The notes beneath the pieces are model-generated. The model was not told the DNA's origin. It saw only the letters and a program-made list of their open reading frames with translations, and made no database searches. From Candidatus Zambryskibacteria bacterium RIFCSPLOWO2_01_FULL_39_39 (lineage in GTDB: Bacteria; Patescibacteriota; Minisyncoccia; Phycocordibacterales; WO2-35-19), in contig MHWB01000013.1 of the NCBI GenBank assembly GCA_001823925.1, forward strand, positions 9,338 through 73,337: 64,000 bases of DNA. The letters are read 5' to 3'. Each line of letters opens with the position of its first letter. Position 1 is the first letter of the stretch. Shown piece by piece: positions 27,841 through 38,682 of the stretch. The translations under genes were made by a program, and so were the position numbers.

Positions 27841-29085
27841 ATGAGACAATCACAACTTTTTACAAAGACAAGAAGAGAAGCGCCAAGTGATGAGACAAGC
27901 AAGAATGCCCAGCTTTTGATACGGGCTGGTTTTATAAATAAAGAAATGGCCGGAGTTTATTCCCTTTTGCCTCTAGGTTTTAAAGTAGTAAATAATATAA
28001 AAAAAATAGTTTCTGAAGAAATGGAGAGGATTGGTTCTGAGGAGATAATAATGTCTACACTTCAAAATAAAGAAACGTGGAAAAAAACTGACAGGTGGAG
28101 TGATGAAAAAGTAGATGTTTGGTTTAAATCAGAATTGAAAAATGGAAATGATGTTGGTTTTGGCTGGTCTCATGAAGAGCCCATTACAGAGATGATGAAA
28201 TCTTTTATTGCTAGTTATAATGATTTGCCAAGATATGTTCATCAGTTTCAAAATAAATTAAGAAATGAAGTAAGGGCCAAAAGTGGCATTATAAGATGTA
28301 GAGAATTTTTGATGAAAGATATGTATGCTTTCTGTGCTACTGATGAAGATAATATGGATTTCTATAAAAAATCAACCAATGCCTACATGAATGTATTTAA
28401 ACGAATTGGACTTGGAGATATCACATTCATTACTTCAGCGTCGGGTGGTTTTTTCACAGATAAATTTAGTCATGAATTCCAAACTATTTGTGAGACGGGC
28501 GAAGATATTATTTATATAAATAAAGAAAAAAAAGTTGCTGTAAATAAAGAAATTTACAACAAGGAAACAGTAGAAAAAATGGGGATGGTTCTAGAAGATT
28601 TTGGAGAAAAGAAAGCAGCAGAAGTTGGAAATATATTTAATTTCGGGACAGGTAAATGTGAACAGATGGGACTTTATTTTAGTGATAAGGATGGAGTTAA
28701 AAAACCAGTACACCTGAGTTCTTATGGTATTGGTATAACAAGACTCTTGGGAGTGTTGGTTGAGGTATTTGCTGATGATAAGGGTATTGTTTGGCCAGAG
28801 TTTGTGGCACCATTCAAATTGCATTTGATTGAAATTCTTAGTGGCAAACCGGAAGTGAAAGAAAAAGCAGAAAAAATTTATAAAAAAATGGGTGAAGCAA
28901 ACGTTTTGTATGACGACAGGGACGCGCGAGCGGGGGAGAAATTTGCAGATGCAGATCTAATCGGTATTCCTTATCAAGTGATAGTGAGCGAGAAAAATTT
29001 GTTAGAGGGAAAACTAGAACTAAAAAATAGGAAAACTGGTGAAATTAAAATGATTAAAGAAGACGAACTCCAGGATTTGTGCTAG
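27841..29085 (+). CDS. proS: Proline--tRNA ligase (no editing domain)
   Basis: MRQSQLF, LLIRAGFI, REFLMKDMY, YGIGITR. Confidence 0.96.
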   Translation: MRQSQLFTKTRREAPSDETSKNAQLLIRAGFINKEMAGVYSLLPLGFKVVNNIKKIVSEEMERIGSEEIIMSTLQNKETWKKTDRWSDEKVDVWFKSELKNGNDVGFGWSHEEPITEMMKSFIASYNDLPRYVHQFQNKLRNEVRAKSGIIRCREFLMKDMYAFCATDEDNMDFYKKSTNAYMNVFKRIGLGDITFITSASGGFFTDKFSHEFQTICETGEDIIYINKEKKVAVNKEIYNKETVEKMGMVLEDFGEKKAAEVGNIFNFGTGKCEQMGLYFSDKDGVKKPVHLSSYGIGITRLLGVLVEVFADDKGIVWPEFVAPFKLHLIEILSGKPEVKEKAEKIYKKMGEANVLYDDRDARAGEKFADADLIGIPYQVIVSEKNLLEGKLELKNRKTGEIKMIKEDELQDLC

Positions 29086-29094
29086 ATTATCTCT

Positions 29095-30162
29095 ATGTTC
29101 AAAGAGAAATTGGAAGAGTGGAAACGTGTTTTGCGCAATGATATAGGTATTGATTTAGGGACGGCCAACATGCTTGTTTATGTTCGTGATAAAGGTATTA
29201 TTTTAAACGAACCTTCAGTGGTGGCGGTCAATCAAAAAACAGGACAAGTAGTCGCTGTTGGGACGGAAGCTAAAAATATGCTTGGTCGAACACCGCCACA
29301 TATTGTTGCAGTGCGACCCATTGTTGATGGGGTTATATCTGATTTCGAAGTGACAGAAGAAATGCTTCACTATCTTTTAAACAAAGCCCAATCAGTGTCA
29401 AAAAAAATATTGGGACCTAGGGTAGTGGTAGGAGTGCCTTCCGGTATAACCAATGTAGAAACTAGAGCAGTCCGTGACGCTACCAAAAATGCAGGAGCAA
29501 GTGAAGTGCATATAGTAGAAGAGCCAATGGCAGCTGCTATAGGGATGCATTTACCGATAAATGAACCAACAGGTAATATGGTAATCGATATGGGCGGAGG
29601 CACGGCAGACATTGCAGTTATTTCTTTAAGTGGAGTTATTAGTTCTAAAAATGTCCGCATAGCGGGTGATAAATTAAGTAATGACATTGCCGCCTACATA
29701 AGAAGTGAATTCAAAATAGTAATCGGAGAAAAGACTGCTGAAAATATAAAAATAGCAATATGTTCACTCTTACCAGAAGAGGATCCATTAGAGACAGAAG
29801 CTAGGGGGCGAGATCTAATAACCGGATTGCCACGAGAGGTTGTGGTCACTGACTCTGATATGAGAGATGCGGTGTCACATTCGATCGAGAGGTTGGTAGA
29901 AGCTACCAAAGAAGTGTTGGAAATCACTCCACCAGAAATACTTTCTGATATTATGCATCGTGGTATTCATTTGGCTGGCGGAGGGGCTCTTATAAAGGGG
30001 TTTGCTAAAGTTTTGGAAAGAGAAATAAAAATACCAGTTTATATTGCCGATGACCCTTTGACCTGTGTTGTTCGTGGTACTGGTATAATTTTGGAAAAAC
30101 TTGAACAATTTAGAGAGGTTTTAATAGCTGATGAAAATGACATTTCAAATAAAACACACTAA
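29095..30162 (+). CDS. mreB: Rod shape-determining protein MreB (paralog 2)
   Basis: GIDLGTAN, EEPMAAAIG, DMGGGTAD; precedes mreC. Confidence 0.96.
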   Translation: MFKEKLEEWKRVLRNDIGIDLGTANMLVYVRDKGIILNEPSVVAVNQKTGQVVAVGTEAKNMLGRTPPHIVAVRPIVDGVISDFEVTEEMLHYLLNKAQSVSKKILGPRVVVGVPSGITNVETRAVRDATKNAGASEVHIVEEPMAAAIGMHLPINEPTGNMVIDMGGGTADIAVISLSGVISSKNVRIAGDKLSNDIAAYIRSEFKIVIGEKTAENIKIAICSLLPEEDPLETEARGRDLITGLPREVVVTDSDMRDAVSHSIERLVEATKEVLEITPPEILSDIMHRGIHLAGGGALIKGFAKVLEREIKIPVYIADDPLTCVVRGTGIILEKLEQFREVLIADENDISNKTH

Positions 30163-30943
30163 ACACAGCTCATTTGGTAGAAATTTTTTAAAAATACTTA
30201 CAATATTTTTATTAATTTTGATATTTGTTTTAGTATTTAACTTTTCTATTTCAGCGCGTTCTTTAGCTCTTGATTTTTTTACTGTTTTTTTAAAAGGTGG
30301 GGATTATTTTTATAAAAATATTGGTCAAGTATCAAAGGTTTTTTCTAGTAAAGATAAATTGATAGAAGAGAACAAAGACCTTAGAGATAAAGTAGAAAAA
30401 GACTATCTTGATTTGATTGACTATGAATCAATAAAATACGAAAATCAAAAGTTACGCGAGACTCTAAAAATAAAGCCAGCAGAAAATTTTATTGTTGCGA
30501 GTATCATAGCCAGATCTCCTCAAATACCGATGGACTCTTTATTTTTAGATAAAGGTATTAGTGATGGTGTAAAAGAGGGGGATCTGGTACTTATTGGTGA
30601 AAGGGTGCTCATTGGTAAAATTGTTGAAACATCCAAAAATAAATCAATCGCCTCTCTCACCTCTTTTGCTGACCTTGTTTCTTATGGATTTGTAGATAGG
30701 ACAGAAGAATCTCTGGAAATCAAAGGAACGGGTGGTGGCAGTATGGGCATGAAGGTGCCCATTGATTTTGATATTATCGTTGGAGACAAAATAATGCTTT
30801 CCGGCGTCTTCACTTATTTGGCGGCTGTTGTTGGGATAGTCGAAGAAGACCAATCGTCCGGTTTTAAAAATATTTTGATGTCTTTGCCAGTGAGTATCTC
30901 TAAAATAAATATGGTTTTTATAGAACCCCGCATCAATGAATAG
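30131..30943 (+). CDS. mreC: Rod shape-determining protein MreC
   Basis: TM, coiled coil ENQKLRETL, LDKGISDGV; gene order. Confidence 0.88.
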   Translation: MKMTFQIKHTKHSSFGRNFLKILTIFLLILIFVLVFNFSISARSLALDFFTVFLKGGDYFYKNIGQVSKVFSSKDKLIEENKDLRDKVEKDYLDLIDYESIKYENQKLRETLKIKPAENFIVASIIARSPQIPMDSLFLDKGISDGVKEGDLVLIGERVLIGKIVETSKNKSIASLTSFADLVSYGFVDRTEESLEIKGTGGGSMGMKVPIDFDIIVGDKIMLSGVFTYLAAVVGIVEEDQSSGFKNILMSLPVSISKINMVFIEPRINE

Positions 30944-31196
30944 AGTTTTGTATTTTTTAACAATTATTTTTGTTCCAGTTATTTTTAGTTGGTGGCTTTT
31001 TATACCAATGGCGCTACTTTCGGTTTATCTTATTAAATTGCCATTTGAAATTGTAGTAGTTGGTTTTTTGCTTGATTTTCTTTATTATTTTGGAGATGGT
31101 TTTTTTGCCAAACATTTACTCACTCTATTTTCTCTAATTTTAATTATTTTGGCCTTATTTTTAAATAAGAAAGTCCATTGGCAAAAAACTATATAA
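30936..31196 (+). CDS. Small membrane protein in the MreD position
   Basis: Highly hydrophobic, GFLLD motif, between mreC and the PBP2 gene. Confidence 0.6.
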   Translation: MNRVLYFLTIIFVPVIFSWWLFIPMALLSVYLIKLPFEIVVVGFLLDFLYYFGDGFFAKHLLTLFSLILIILALFLNKKVHWQKTI

Positions 31197-31203
31197 AATT
31201 AAT

Positions 31204-32916
31204 ATGCTTGGAATTTTAAAAAGAACACTAAATAAGTGGAAAAGAAGGGGCTATGAGGATATTGCTCCGGATGAAATTTTTCTTGATTCAAAAAACTTAC
31301 CAGAATTTGATATTTATCAATTTGAAGGTAGATTAGAAAAACCTATTTCTAGTAAAGCCTTTTCGATTTTTAATTTAATTTGTATTTCGGTGGTTGTTAT
31401 CTTTTTGATAAAATTGGGCTCTTTACAAATCGTCCACGGATCTTTTTATAAAAATAAGAGCGAAAACAACAAGTTAAAGCAAATTTTAATAGTGGCTCCC
31501 CGAGGTGCCATTTATAGTCGAGAGGGAGAACCTTTGGCTTGGAATCAAAAATCAGAAGTAGAAAATGATTATCCTTTGCGTAAATATATAAAAAATGTTG
31601 GCTTCTCCAATCTCTTGGGATTTATAAAATATCCAGCCAAAGATAGGGCGGGGTTTTATTATGAAGAAGAATTTTTGCCCAAAGATGGAGCAGAACTTTA
31701 TTTAAATGAAATTCTTTTTGGTAAAAATGGTTTAAAACTTATAGAAACTTCAGTAGATGGAGAAGTCATTTCTGGCAGCGTTATTGAATCACCCAAAAGT
31801 GGAGAAAGTGCGGTCCTCTCGATTGATAGTAGGGTACAGAGTAAATTTTTTAGCATAATTCAAAATTTGTCTGGCTCGGTAGGATTTCAAGGTGGGGCGG
31901 GGATAATTATGGATGTTAATTCTGGAGAAGTGCTTTCTATGGTGAGTTTCCCCGAGTATAGTTCGGAAGTGATGACCGAAGGAGTAGATGTCCAAAAAAT
32001 AGAGGATTATTATAAAGATCCAGATAACCCATTTTTAAATAGAAGTCTTTCCGGACTTTATACGCCGGGTTCGATCATTAAACCATTTTTGGCCTTTGCT
32101 GCTTTAGAAGAAAAAATTATTTCTCCAGAGAAAGAAATAATAAGTACCGGCAAAATCGAAATACCTAATCCTTATAATCCAGACAAACCTTCCATTTTTA
32201 AAGACTGGAAAGCTCATGGGGCGGTAGATATGAGAAGGGCAATTGCTGTTTCTTCGGATGTTTATTTTTATGAAATAGGTGGTGGCTTTGGAAGTCAAAA
32301 AGGTTTGGGTATTTTAAATATCAAGAAATATTTGGAGATGTTTGGTTTTACCAAAAAGACAGGCTTTGATACTCAAAAAGAAGCGATTGGTGTCATCCCA
32401 GATCCGGATTGGAAAGCAGAAACTTTTGATGGGGAGATATGGCGATTGGGAGACACTTATAATACCGCCATTGGTCAATATGGAATGCAAATCAGCCCAA
32501 TACAAGTGGTGGTCGCTACTGCCGCCTTGGCAAATGGAGGCAACTTAATTACACCTTCAATACTTTTTACTTCCACTAGTACGACAGTGGCGGGTACAAA
32601 AATAAAAGGTTCACTAGAAAGTTTTCAAATACCCAGAGAGGGGATGCGGCGATCTGTCCTAGAAGGTACCGCTGCAGGATTAAACATAGGTGTTGTGCAA
32701 ATAGCTGGTAAAACCGGTACTGCCGAACTTGGCGCAAGGAAGCAATTTGTCAATTCTTGGGTGATTGGTTTTTTCCCTTATGAAAAACCAAAATATGCTT
32801 TTGTAGTGGTGATGGAGAGAGGTCCCGTCAAAAATCTTACTGGCGCCACTTATGTTATGAGACAGTTATTAGATTGGATGGCCATAAATACTCCTGAATA
32901 TTTAAAAAATGAATAA
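31204..32916 (+). CDS. mrdA: Penicillin-binding protein 2
   Basis: APRGAI, PGSIIK (SxxK), SSDVYFY, KTGTA. Confidence 0.92.
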   Translation: MLGILKRTLNKWKRRGYEDIAPDEIFLDSKNLPEFDIYQFEGRLEKPISSKAFSIFNLICISVVVIFLIKLGSLQIVHGSFYKNKSENNKLKQILIVAPRGAIYSREGEPLAWNQKSEVENDYPLRKYIKNVGFSNLLGFIKYPAKDRAGFYYEEEFLPKDGAELYLNEILFGKNGLKLIETSVDGEVISGSVIESPKSGESAVLSIDSRVQSKFFSIIQNLSGSVGFQGGAGIIMDVNSGEVLSMVSFPEYSSEVMTEGVDVQKIEDYYKDPDNPFLNRSLSGLYTPGSIIKPFLAFAALEEKIISPEKEIISTGKIEIPNPYNPDKPSIFKDWKAHGAVDMRRAIAVSSDVYFYEIGGGFGSQKGLGILNIKKYLEMFGFTKKTGFDTQKEAIGVIPDPDWKAETFDGEIWRLGDTYNTAIGQYGMQISPIQVVVATAALANGGNLITPSILFTSTSTTVAGTKIKGSLESFQIPREGMRRSVLEGTAAGLNIGVVQIAGKTGTAELGARKQFVNSWVIGFFPYEKPKYAFVVVMERGPVKNLTGATYVMRQLLDWMAINTPEYLKNE

Positions 32917-32932
32917 AGTATAATTATAAATT

Positions 32933-33703
32933 ATGAAAATTTTGATAAATAATTTGGTTACAGAATATGAAGATGTTTACCCGAATGGTGAAGCTGGGCG
33001 GGAAGGTAAGACTATTTTGATGTTGCATGGGTGGTGGAGAGATATGTCTGACTTTGATAAAATAACAGAAATTTTAAAAAATAATTATAGGGTAGTAAGG
33101 CTAGACTTACCGGGATTTGGAGGAACAGAAATGCCCCTAAAGACTTGGAAACTTAATGATTATGTAGATTTTGTAAAAGATTTTATTTTAAAATTAGAAA
33201 TAAAACCAGAGGTACTTTTAGGACATTCATTTGGTGGCAGGATTATTATAAAAGGAGTTGGGGAAAATAAATTAGAAGCGGGGAAATTGGTTTTGGTGGC
33301 AGCTGCCGGAGTAAAGGTAGATGTATTTAGGAAGAAAATATTTCAACTTCTCGCCAAGATTGGAGACGTAGTCTCTTTTATTCCACCACTTATATTTGTG
33401 CGTAGAAAATTAAAAAATAAATTTTATAAAATTATCGGTAGCGACTACCTTGAATCTGGTAATTTGAAAGAGATTTTTAAGGCGGTGGTGGAAGAAGATT
33501 TGGCCACTTTTGCAAAAAAAATAAAAAAAGAGACGCTATTTATTTGGGGAGAAAAAGATATGGCGACTCCACTCAAAGATGGGAAACTCTTACACTCTCT
33601 CATCGCTAATTCCAAACTAGAAGTTATAAAAGACTCTGGACATTTTATTCATATAGAAAAATCAGAAGAAGTAGCAGAAAAAATTTCCAAATTTGTGGGA
33701 TAA
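32933..33703 (+). CDS. Alpha/beta hydrolase
   Basis: LHGW, DLPGFG, GHSFGG. Confidence 0.92.
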   Translation: MKILINNLVTEYEDVYPNGEAGREGKTILMLHGWWRDMSDFDKITEILKNNYRVVRLDLPGFGGTEMPLKTWKLNDYVDFVKDFILKLEIKPEVLLGHSFGGRIIIKGVGENKLEAGKLVLVAAAGVKVDVFRKKIFQLLAKIGDVVSFIPPLIFVRRKLKNKFYKIIGSDYLESGNLKEIFKAVVEEDLATFAKKIKKETLFIWGEKDMATPLKDGKLLHSLIANSKLEVIKDSGHFIHIEKSEEVAEKISKFVG

Positions 33704-33710
33704 TATTGAA

Positions 33711-35189
33711 ATGAAAAAGTTTTTATCAAAATATAGCCTTAAATATCCAAGGAGTTTGGTCTATATGCTTCAGGCGAGTGAATATAACATTGTCGAATTT
33801 TTAGACTGGTTTAGGCGAGTAAAAGATTTTGCTAAAGTAGAAGAGAGGAAAACGCTTGTAAAAACAATCAAAGCGAGTCTTTTGTATGCTATTGCTTGGA
33901 ATCTTTTTATACTTTCTTTTGCTATTGCGATTGCTTCTTTGTGGTTTTTTGAAGGAGTGAGGAGTCTTCTTGTTTTCCTTGTTATCTTTTTATTTGCCCC
34001 GTATCTTACTTTGTATTTGCTCTCGCTCTGCACTTTTCTCTTGAATTCCGTCCAGAGACCAATTGAAAGGATAATTATAAATAAAGCAAAAGAAAAACTT
34101 CAAAATCACAAAGCGTTGAAAATTGGCATAGCGGGATCTTTTGGAAAGACTACCATGAAAGAAATCATTAAGACTGTTTTGGAAGGAAGTAAAAACGTAG
34201 CAGCCACTCCAGATAATAAAAACACACCACTGGGTATAGCCAGATTTGTCGAAAGTTTAGATGGGGATGAAGAGATTTTAATTTTTGAGATGGGTGAATA
34301 TTATGAGGGAGATATTAAAAAACTTTGCGAGATAATAAGTCCAGATATAGGGGTTATCACTGGAGTAAACGAAGCCCATCTGGATAAATTTAAAAATATA
34401 GAAAGAACGGCTAAGACTATTTTTGAACTAGCAGATTTTCTTTCAAAAAAAGAGGGTACGAAAGTGTATGTCAACAAAGAAAGTAGGAGTGCATCTGAGT
34501 CGGCGGCTCATATTAAAAATGAAAATAAACCGTTTCCCAAAGTTATCTATTATGGACATGGTGGCATAGAGGAGGGTGGTGGTAATTGGAAAGTAGAGGG
34601 GGCAGAAACAAATCTCTCTGGTACGAGCTTTATATTAAAAAATAACAAAGAAGAAGGAGTAGTAGTAAGGTCTAAACTTTTGGGATTGCATCAGATAGGG
34701 CCTCTTGCCGTTGCTTCTCATATTGCGCAAAGTTTGGGTATCAAATTGGAAAAGATAGAATTAGGTTTGAAAAATACCAAACCTTTTAAACATAGGATGG
34801 AGCCCAGAGAAGATGCCGGAGGAGTGCTTGTGATAGACGATAGTTACAACGGCAATCCCGATGGGGTAAAAGTTGCTATAGAATTTCTAAAAGAAATTAA
34901 AGATAAAAGAAGGTTTTTTATAACTCCAGGTCTTGTTGAGATGGGTAGAAAGACAGAAGAAGTACACAGAGAAATAGGAAAAGAACTTGCAAATACTGGA
35001 ATAGAGAAGGTTGTACTAATCAGGAATTCTGTAACTCCGTTTATAGAAGCCGGACTCAAAGAAAATAATTTTAAAGGTGAAGTAATTTGGTTTGAGTCTA
35101 GCTTAGAGTGTTTCTCTTCTCTCCCCAAGCGCACCATAAACAACGATCTGCTCTTATACCAAAACGACTGGCCAGATAATTACTCATAA
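33711..35189 (+). CDS. murF: UDP-MurNAc-tripeptide--D-Ala-D-Ala ligase with N-terminal TM extension
   Basis: GSFGKTT, FEMGE, DDSYNGNP, TPGLVEMG; upstream of ddl. Confidence 0.88.
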   Translation: MKKFLSKYSLKYPRSLVYMLQASEYNIVEFLDWFRRVKDFAKVEERKTLVKTIKASLLYAIAWNLFILSFAIAIASLWFFEGVRSLLVFLVIFLFAPYLTLYLLSLCTFLLNSVQRPIERIIINKAKEKLQNHKALKIGIAGSFGKTTMKEIIKTVLEGSKNVAATPDNKNTPLGIARFVESLDGDEEILIFEMGEYYEGDIKKLCEIISPDIGVITGVNEAHLDKFKNIERTAKTIFELADFLSKKEGTKVYVNKESRSASESAAHIKNENKPFPKVIYYGHGGIEEGGGNWKVEGAETNLSGTSFILKNNKEEGVVVRSKLLGLHQIGPLAVASHIAQSLGIKLEKIELGLKNTKPFKHRMEPREDAGGVLVIDDSYNGNPDGVKVAIEFLKEIKDKRRFFITPGLVEMGRKTEEVHREIGKELANTGIEKVVLIRNSVTPFIEAGLKENNFKGEVIWFESSLECFSSLPKRTINNDLLLYQNDWPDNYS

Positions 35190-35201
35190 AGTTGTGGTAA
35201 T

Positions 35202-36380
35202 ATGTGGGGTATGAAAAAGACTATTGGGGTGGTATTTGGGGGGAGGAGTGTGGAGCATGAGGTCTCCATTATTACTGCTCACAATCCAATAATTGACTCA
35301 CTACTTGCTACGGGCAAGTATAATGTCGTACCGATTTATATTGGCAAAGATGGAAGCTGGTATTCCGACCCAGCTATGAACGATATAAACTTTTTCCGAA
35401 ATGATCTGGAAGAAAAATTAAAGAAATTAAAAAAGCTTCAGTTGGATCTAAATAATGGCCTGCAAATAATGATTCCTGGATCTTTGGGTAGTAAGAAGAT
35501 TAATATAGATATTGTTTTCCCTGCAATGCACGGTACATACGGAGAAGACGGTTCTCTTATGGGTTTACTCCGAATGGCAAATGTTCCCTTTGTTGGTTGT
35601 GATCTTTTTGCCTCTGCTGTTGCAATGGACAAGGTGCTTACAAAGCAGATTCTGAAAGCGGAGGGTGTGCCGGTAGTAAGTGATGTCTGGTTTACAAAAG
35701 AAGATTGGGAGTCAAAAAGAGAAGGATATTTACACAAAATAAAAAATCTCAGGTATCCTCTGTTTATAAAACCAGTACACTTGGGTTCTAGTATAGGAAT
35801 TACAAAAATAAATCCGTTAGCTGATCAAGAAAAAAATTTAATCAACGCAATAGAAGTTGCTCTACACTATGATGAGAAGGTGCTTGTAGAAGAAGGAGTA
35901 GAGAATCTAGTAGAAGTTACTTTACCTATAATGGGCAATGACGAACCAATATTAGCCAGTATTGAAAGACCACTGAACAAGACAGAGTTTTTTGATTTTC
36001 AGGACAAGTATCTTTCTGGTAGTAAAAAAGTTGGAGGAGTAAATAATAATTATAGTGAGATACCAGCAAACATTGAGCCATCTCTTGCAGAAAAAGTAAA
36101 AGAATTGGGAGAAAAAACATATAAAATTTTGGGCTGTTCCGGTATTGCACGAGTAGACTTTCTTATTGATAGTGTCTTGAATCAGGTTTTTGTAAATGAG
36201 GTAAATACTTTGCCCGGAAGCATATATCAGCACAACTGGAAGAAGAGCGGGGTCTCAAATATTGATTTGGTGGAAAGACTTATAAAATTTGCAGAAGGAA
36301 GATTTGAAAACCAAAAAAATACTACCTATTCTTTCAACTCTGAAATATTAAATCAATATAAATCATCTAAAAATCAATAG
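35202..36380 (+). CDS. ddl: D-alanine--D-alanine ligase
   Basis: FGGRSVEHEVS, HGTYGEDG, GSSIGI, NEVNTLPG. Confidence 0.97.
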   Translation: MWGMKKTIGVVFGGRSVEHEVSIITAHNPIIDSLLATGKYNVVPIYIGKDGSWYSDPAMNDINFFRNDLEEKLKKLKKLQLDLNNGLQIMIPGSLGSKKINIDIVFPAMHGTYGEDGSLMGLLRMANVPFVGCDLFASAVAMDKVLTKQILKAEGVPVVSDVWFTKEDWESKREGYLHKIKNLRYPLFIKPVHLGSSIGITKINPLADQEKNLINAIEVALHYDEKVLVEEGVENLVEVTLPIMGNDEPILASIERPLNKTEFFDFQDKYLSGSKKVGGVNNNYSEIPANIEPSLAEKVKELGEKTYKILGCSGIARVDFLIDSVLNQVFVNEVNTLPGSIYQHNWKKSGVSNIDLVERLIKFAEGRFENQKNTTYSFNSEILNQYKSSKNQ

Positions 36381-36445
36381 AGTTAAAAGATTGACTTTTG
36401 GCTCAAATAGTCTACAATAGAGCATACTATTTTAATTTTTAAAAC

Positions 36446-36910
36446 ATGGAAGAAAAAGAATATTTAACAAAAGAAAAATTTAAGGCGCTTGGAGATGAAC
36501 TTGAATATCTCAAAAAAGTTAAGCGTAAAGAAGTTGCCGAACAACTGGAATATACCAAGTCTTTGGGTGATTTGTCAGAAAATGCCGAATATCACGAGGT
36601 GCGTGATATGCAGGGGGTGGTAGAAGATAGAATTCAAAAAGTAGAATCCATTCTTAAAAATGCTACCATTGTTTCTTCACATGGAAACGAAGCTGTTGTT
36701 GTTGGCTCGGTGGTGACTGTAGCTAAAAATGGAGACAAAGATCATAAAATTTATACTATTGTTGGTGGCGAAGAGTCGGATCTTTCCTCTAATAAAATCT
36801 CGGTGCACTCTCCTTTTGGTGAGGCGGTGATGAGTAAGAAAAAAGGTGACTCTTTTACCTACAATGCACCCTCTGGCCCTATCACTTATAAAATAATTGA
36901 GATAAAATAA
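36446..36910 (+). CDS. greA: Transcription elongation factor GreA
   Basis: GDLSENAEY, ISVHSPFG. Confidence 0.97.
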   Translation: MEEKEYLTKEKFKALGDELEYLKKVKRKEVAEQLEYTKSLGDLSENAEYHEVRDMQGVVEDRIQKVESILKNATIVSSHGNEAVVVGSVVTVAKNGDKDHKIYTIVGGEESDLSSNKISVHSPFGEAVMSKKKGDSFTYNAPSGPITYKIIEIK

Positions 36911-36914
36911 TCGA

Positions 36915-38507
36915 GTGAGACTAGATATAGAAAAAGAAAGTAAACCAGGAGAACATTGGAGTGAAACGGTGGCGCAACAAGTAAAAAAAATATTTCCCAA
37001 CTCTCCGACTTATACCACTGCTGCCGGCATTAGTCCTTCCGGAGTGGTTCATTTTGGCAACTTTAGAGATGTGATAACCTCTTACGCCGTTTATCTACAA
37101 CTAAAATCTCAAGGACTCAACGCTAAATTTATTTTTTCTTGGGACAATTTTGATCGTCTTCGTAAGGTGCCGGCAGGTGTTCCAGAAAATTTTAGCCAAT
37201 ATATTGGTATGCCTCTCTCGGCGATCCCAAGTCCCAAGGAGGGATACAGTTCTTATGCAGAATATTTTCAAAAACCCTTTGAAGAAGCTATGAAAGAATT
37301 AAGTATTGATCTTGAATACAGATATCAAACTGATGAATATAAAAGTGGCCGATATGACGAATTTATTTTTTTGGCCTTAAAAAAAAGAAAAGAAATTGCC
37401 AAAATTTTACTATCTTTAATGACTGAAAAAGGCAAACAAGAAGGAGGAATAGTGGAAGCTGAATATATAGAAAATTATTATCCGATTTCAGTTTATTCCC
37501 ATTTTACCGGTAAAGACTCAACTAAAGTACTTTCTTTTGATGGGAAAAGTTCTATCACTTATCATTGTATAGAAAGTAATAAAACTGAAACTATAGATTT
37601 ATCAAGAGATAGAATTGTCAAACTGGCATGGAAAGTTGACTGGCCGATGAGATGGGGGGTTGAAAACATTGTTTTTGAACCTGGTGGCCATGATCATGCT
37701 TCACCGGGTGGCAGTTTCGATGTTTCTAGTGTTATTGCTAAAGAGATTTTTGGTATTAAGGAGCCAATTTTTGCTGAATATAAATTTGTCGGCATTCAAG
37801 GTGGCGGAGTAAAGATGTCTGGTTCTAAAGGTAATGCCATTTCTCCGACTGAACTTTTGGAAATATATGAGCCGACACTTTTAAAATGGCTTTATATGCG
37901 GAAAAATCCGAGTCAAGCTTTTAGTTTGGCTTTTGATACCGAAATTTATCGACAGTATGATGAGTTTGATAAAGGGGTAAGTTTACCAGAGGAAAGTATG
38001 GCTCTCAAATTGAGTAAAAATCCAAAATATAATAATCCCATTCCTTTTAAGCAGGCAGTGGCTTTAGGCCAGATCACTCAATGGAATGAAGAAAAAATAA
38101 AACATTTAATTTCTGATTTAGGCGTCAATTATGATGAAAAATCGATTCAAGTTAGATTACCTCGTGCTAAAAATTGGCTAGAAAAATATAATCCAGAGGA
38201 AGTCATAAAATTGTTGGATGTTATTAATGTATCTTATATTGTCACTTTGGATGAAAAAACTAAAGAGCAAATAAAAAAATTAAAAAAAGAATTAACCAAA
38301 GAATATTCCTCTATTAAGGAGCTAGAGCTTTTGGTTTATTCTATTCCTAAAGATCCGACTAAAACTGATAAAGAAAATGCGCCGGCTCAAAAAGAATTTT
38401 TCAAACACATCTACAACCTCCTTATCGGTCGTGATGCTGGTCCTAGACTTTCTACTTTCCTCTGGGCGGTTGATCGCGAAAAAGTTTTGAAGTTATTAAA
38501 TATTTAA
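36915..38507 (+). CDS. lysS: Class I lysine--tRNA ligase
   Basis: GISPSGVVHFGNFRD, WKVDWPMRW, KMSGSKG, GPRLSTF. Confidence 0.95.
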   Translation: MRLDIEKESKPGEHWSETVAQQVKKIFPNSPTYTTAAGISPSGVVHFGNFRDVITSYAVYLQLKSQGLNAKFIFSWDNFDRLRKVPAGVPENFSQYIGMPLSAIPSPKEGYSSYAEYFQKPFEEAMKELSIDLEYRYQTDEYKSGRYDEFIFLALKKRKEIAKILLSLMTEKGKQEGGIVEAEYIENYYPISVYSHFTGKDSTKVLSFDGKSSITYHCIESNKTETIDLSRDRIVKLAWKVDWPMRWGVENIVFEPGGHDHASPGGSFDVSSVIAKEIFGIKEPIFAEYKFVGIQGGGVKMSGSKGNAISPTELLEIYEPTLLKWLYMRKNPSQAFSLAFDTEIYRQYDEFDKGVSLPEESMALKLSKNPKYNNPIPFKQAVALGQITQWNEEKIKHLISDLGVNYDEKSIQVRLPRAKNWLEKYNPEEVIKLLDVINVSYIVTLDEKTKEQIKKLKKELTKEYSSIKELELLVYSIPKDPTKTDKENAPAQKEFFKHIYNLLIGRDAGPRLSTFLWAVDREKVLKLLNI

Positions 38508-38514
38508 TATAAAA

Positions 38515-38534
38515 TGTAGCGATTAATCGCTACA
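38515..38534. repeat. Perfect 20-bp palindrome TGTAGCGATTAATCGCTACA
   Basis: Identical copy at 42459-42478. Confidence 0.9.
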
Positions 38535-38572
38535 AAAGGAAGAAAAATAGCCTAAATCCGGGCTGTTTTTAG

Positions 38573-38670
38573 TTATCCACTTATCCACAGGTCAAAGTGG
38601 TAGACGAACATAATGAGGTGGTATAAGATGGAACCAAGTGGGAAAAAGTGGATAAGTATTTTAGGTGGTA
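38573..38670 (+). promoter_or_regulatory. dcw promoter region with DnaA-type boxes and MraZ-type GTGG repeats
   Basis: TTATCCACT and TTATCCACA at 38573-38589, inverse AGTGGATAA near 38647-38655; repeated (A/G)GTGG upstream of mraZ. Confidence 0.6.
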
Positions 38671-38682
38671 AAAATCAATCAG

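Noticed and set aside
24352-30162. Two mreB genes and class I LysRS as novelties
   Set aside because: Both are known features of many bacteria, including this group.
38573-38655. Replication origin
   Set aside because: Only one perfect DnaA box, a short spacer and no dnaA or dnaN nearby.
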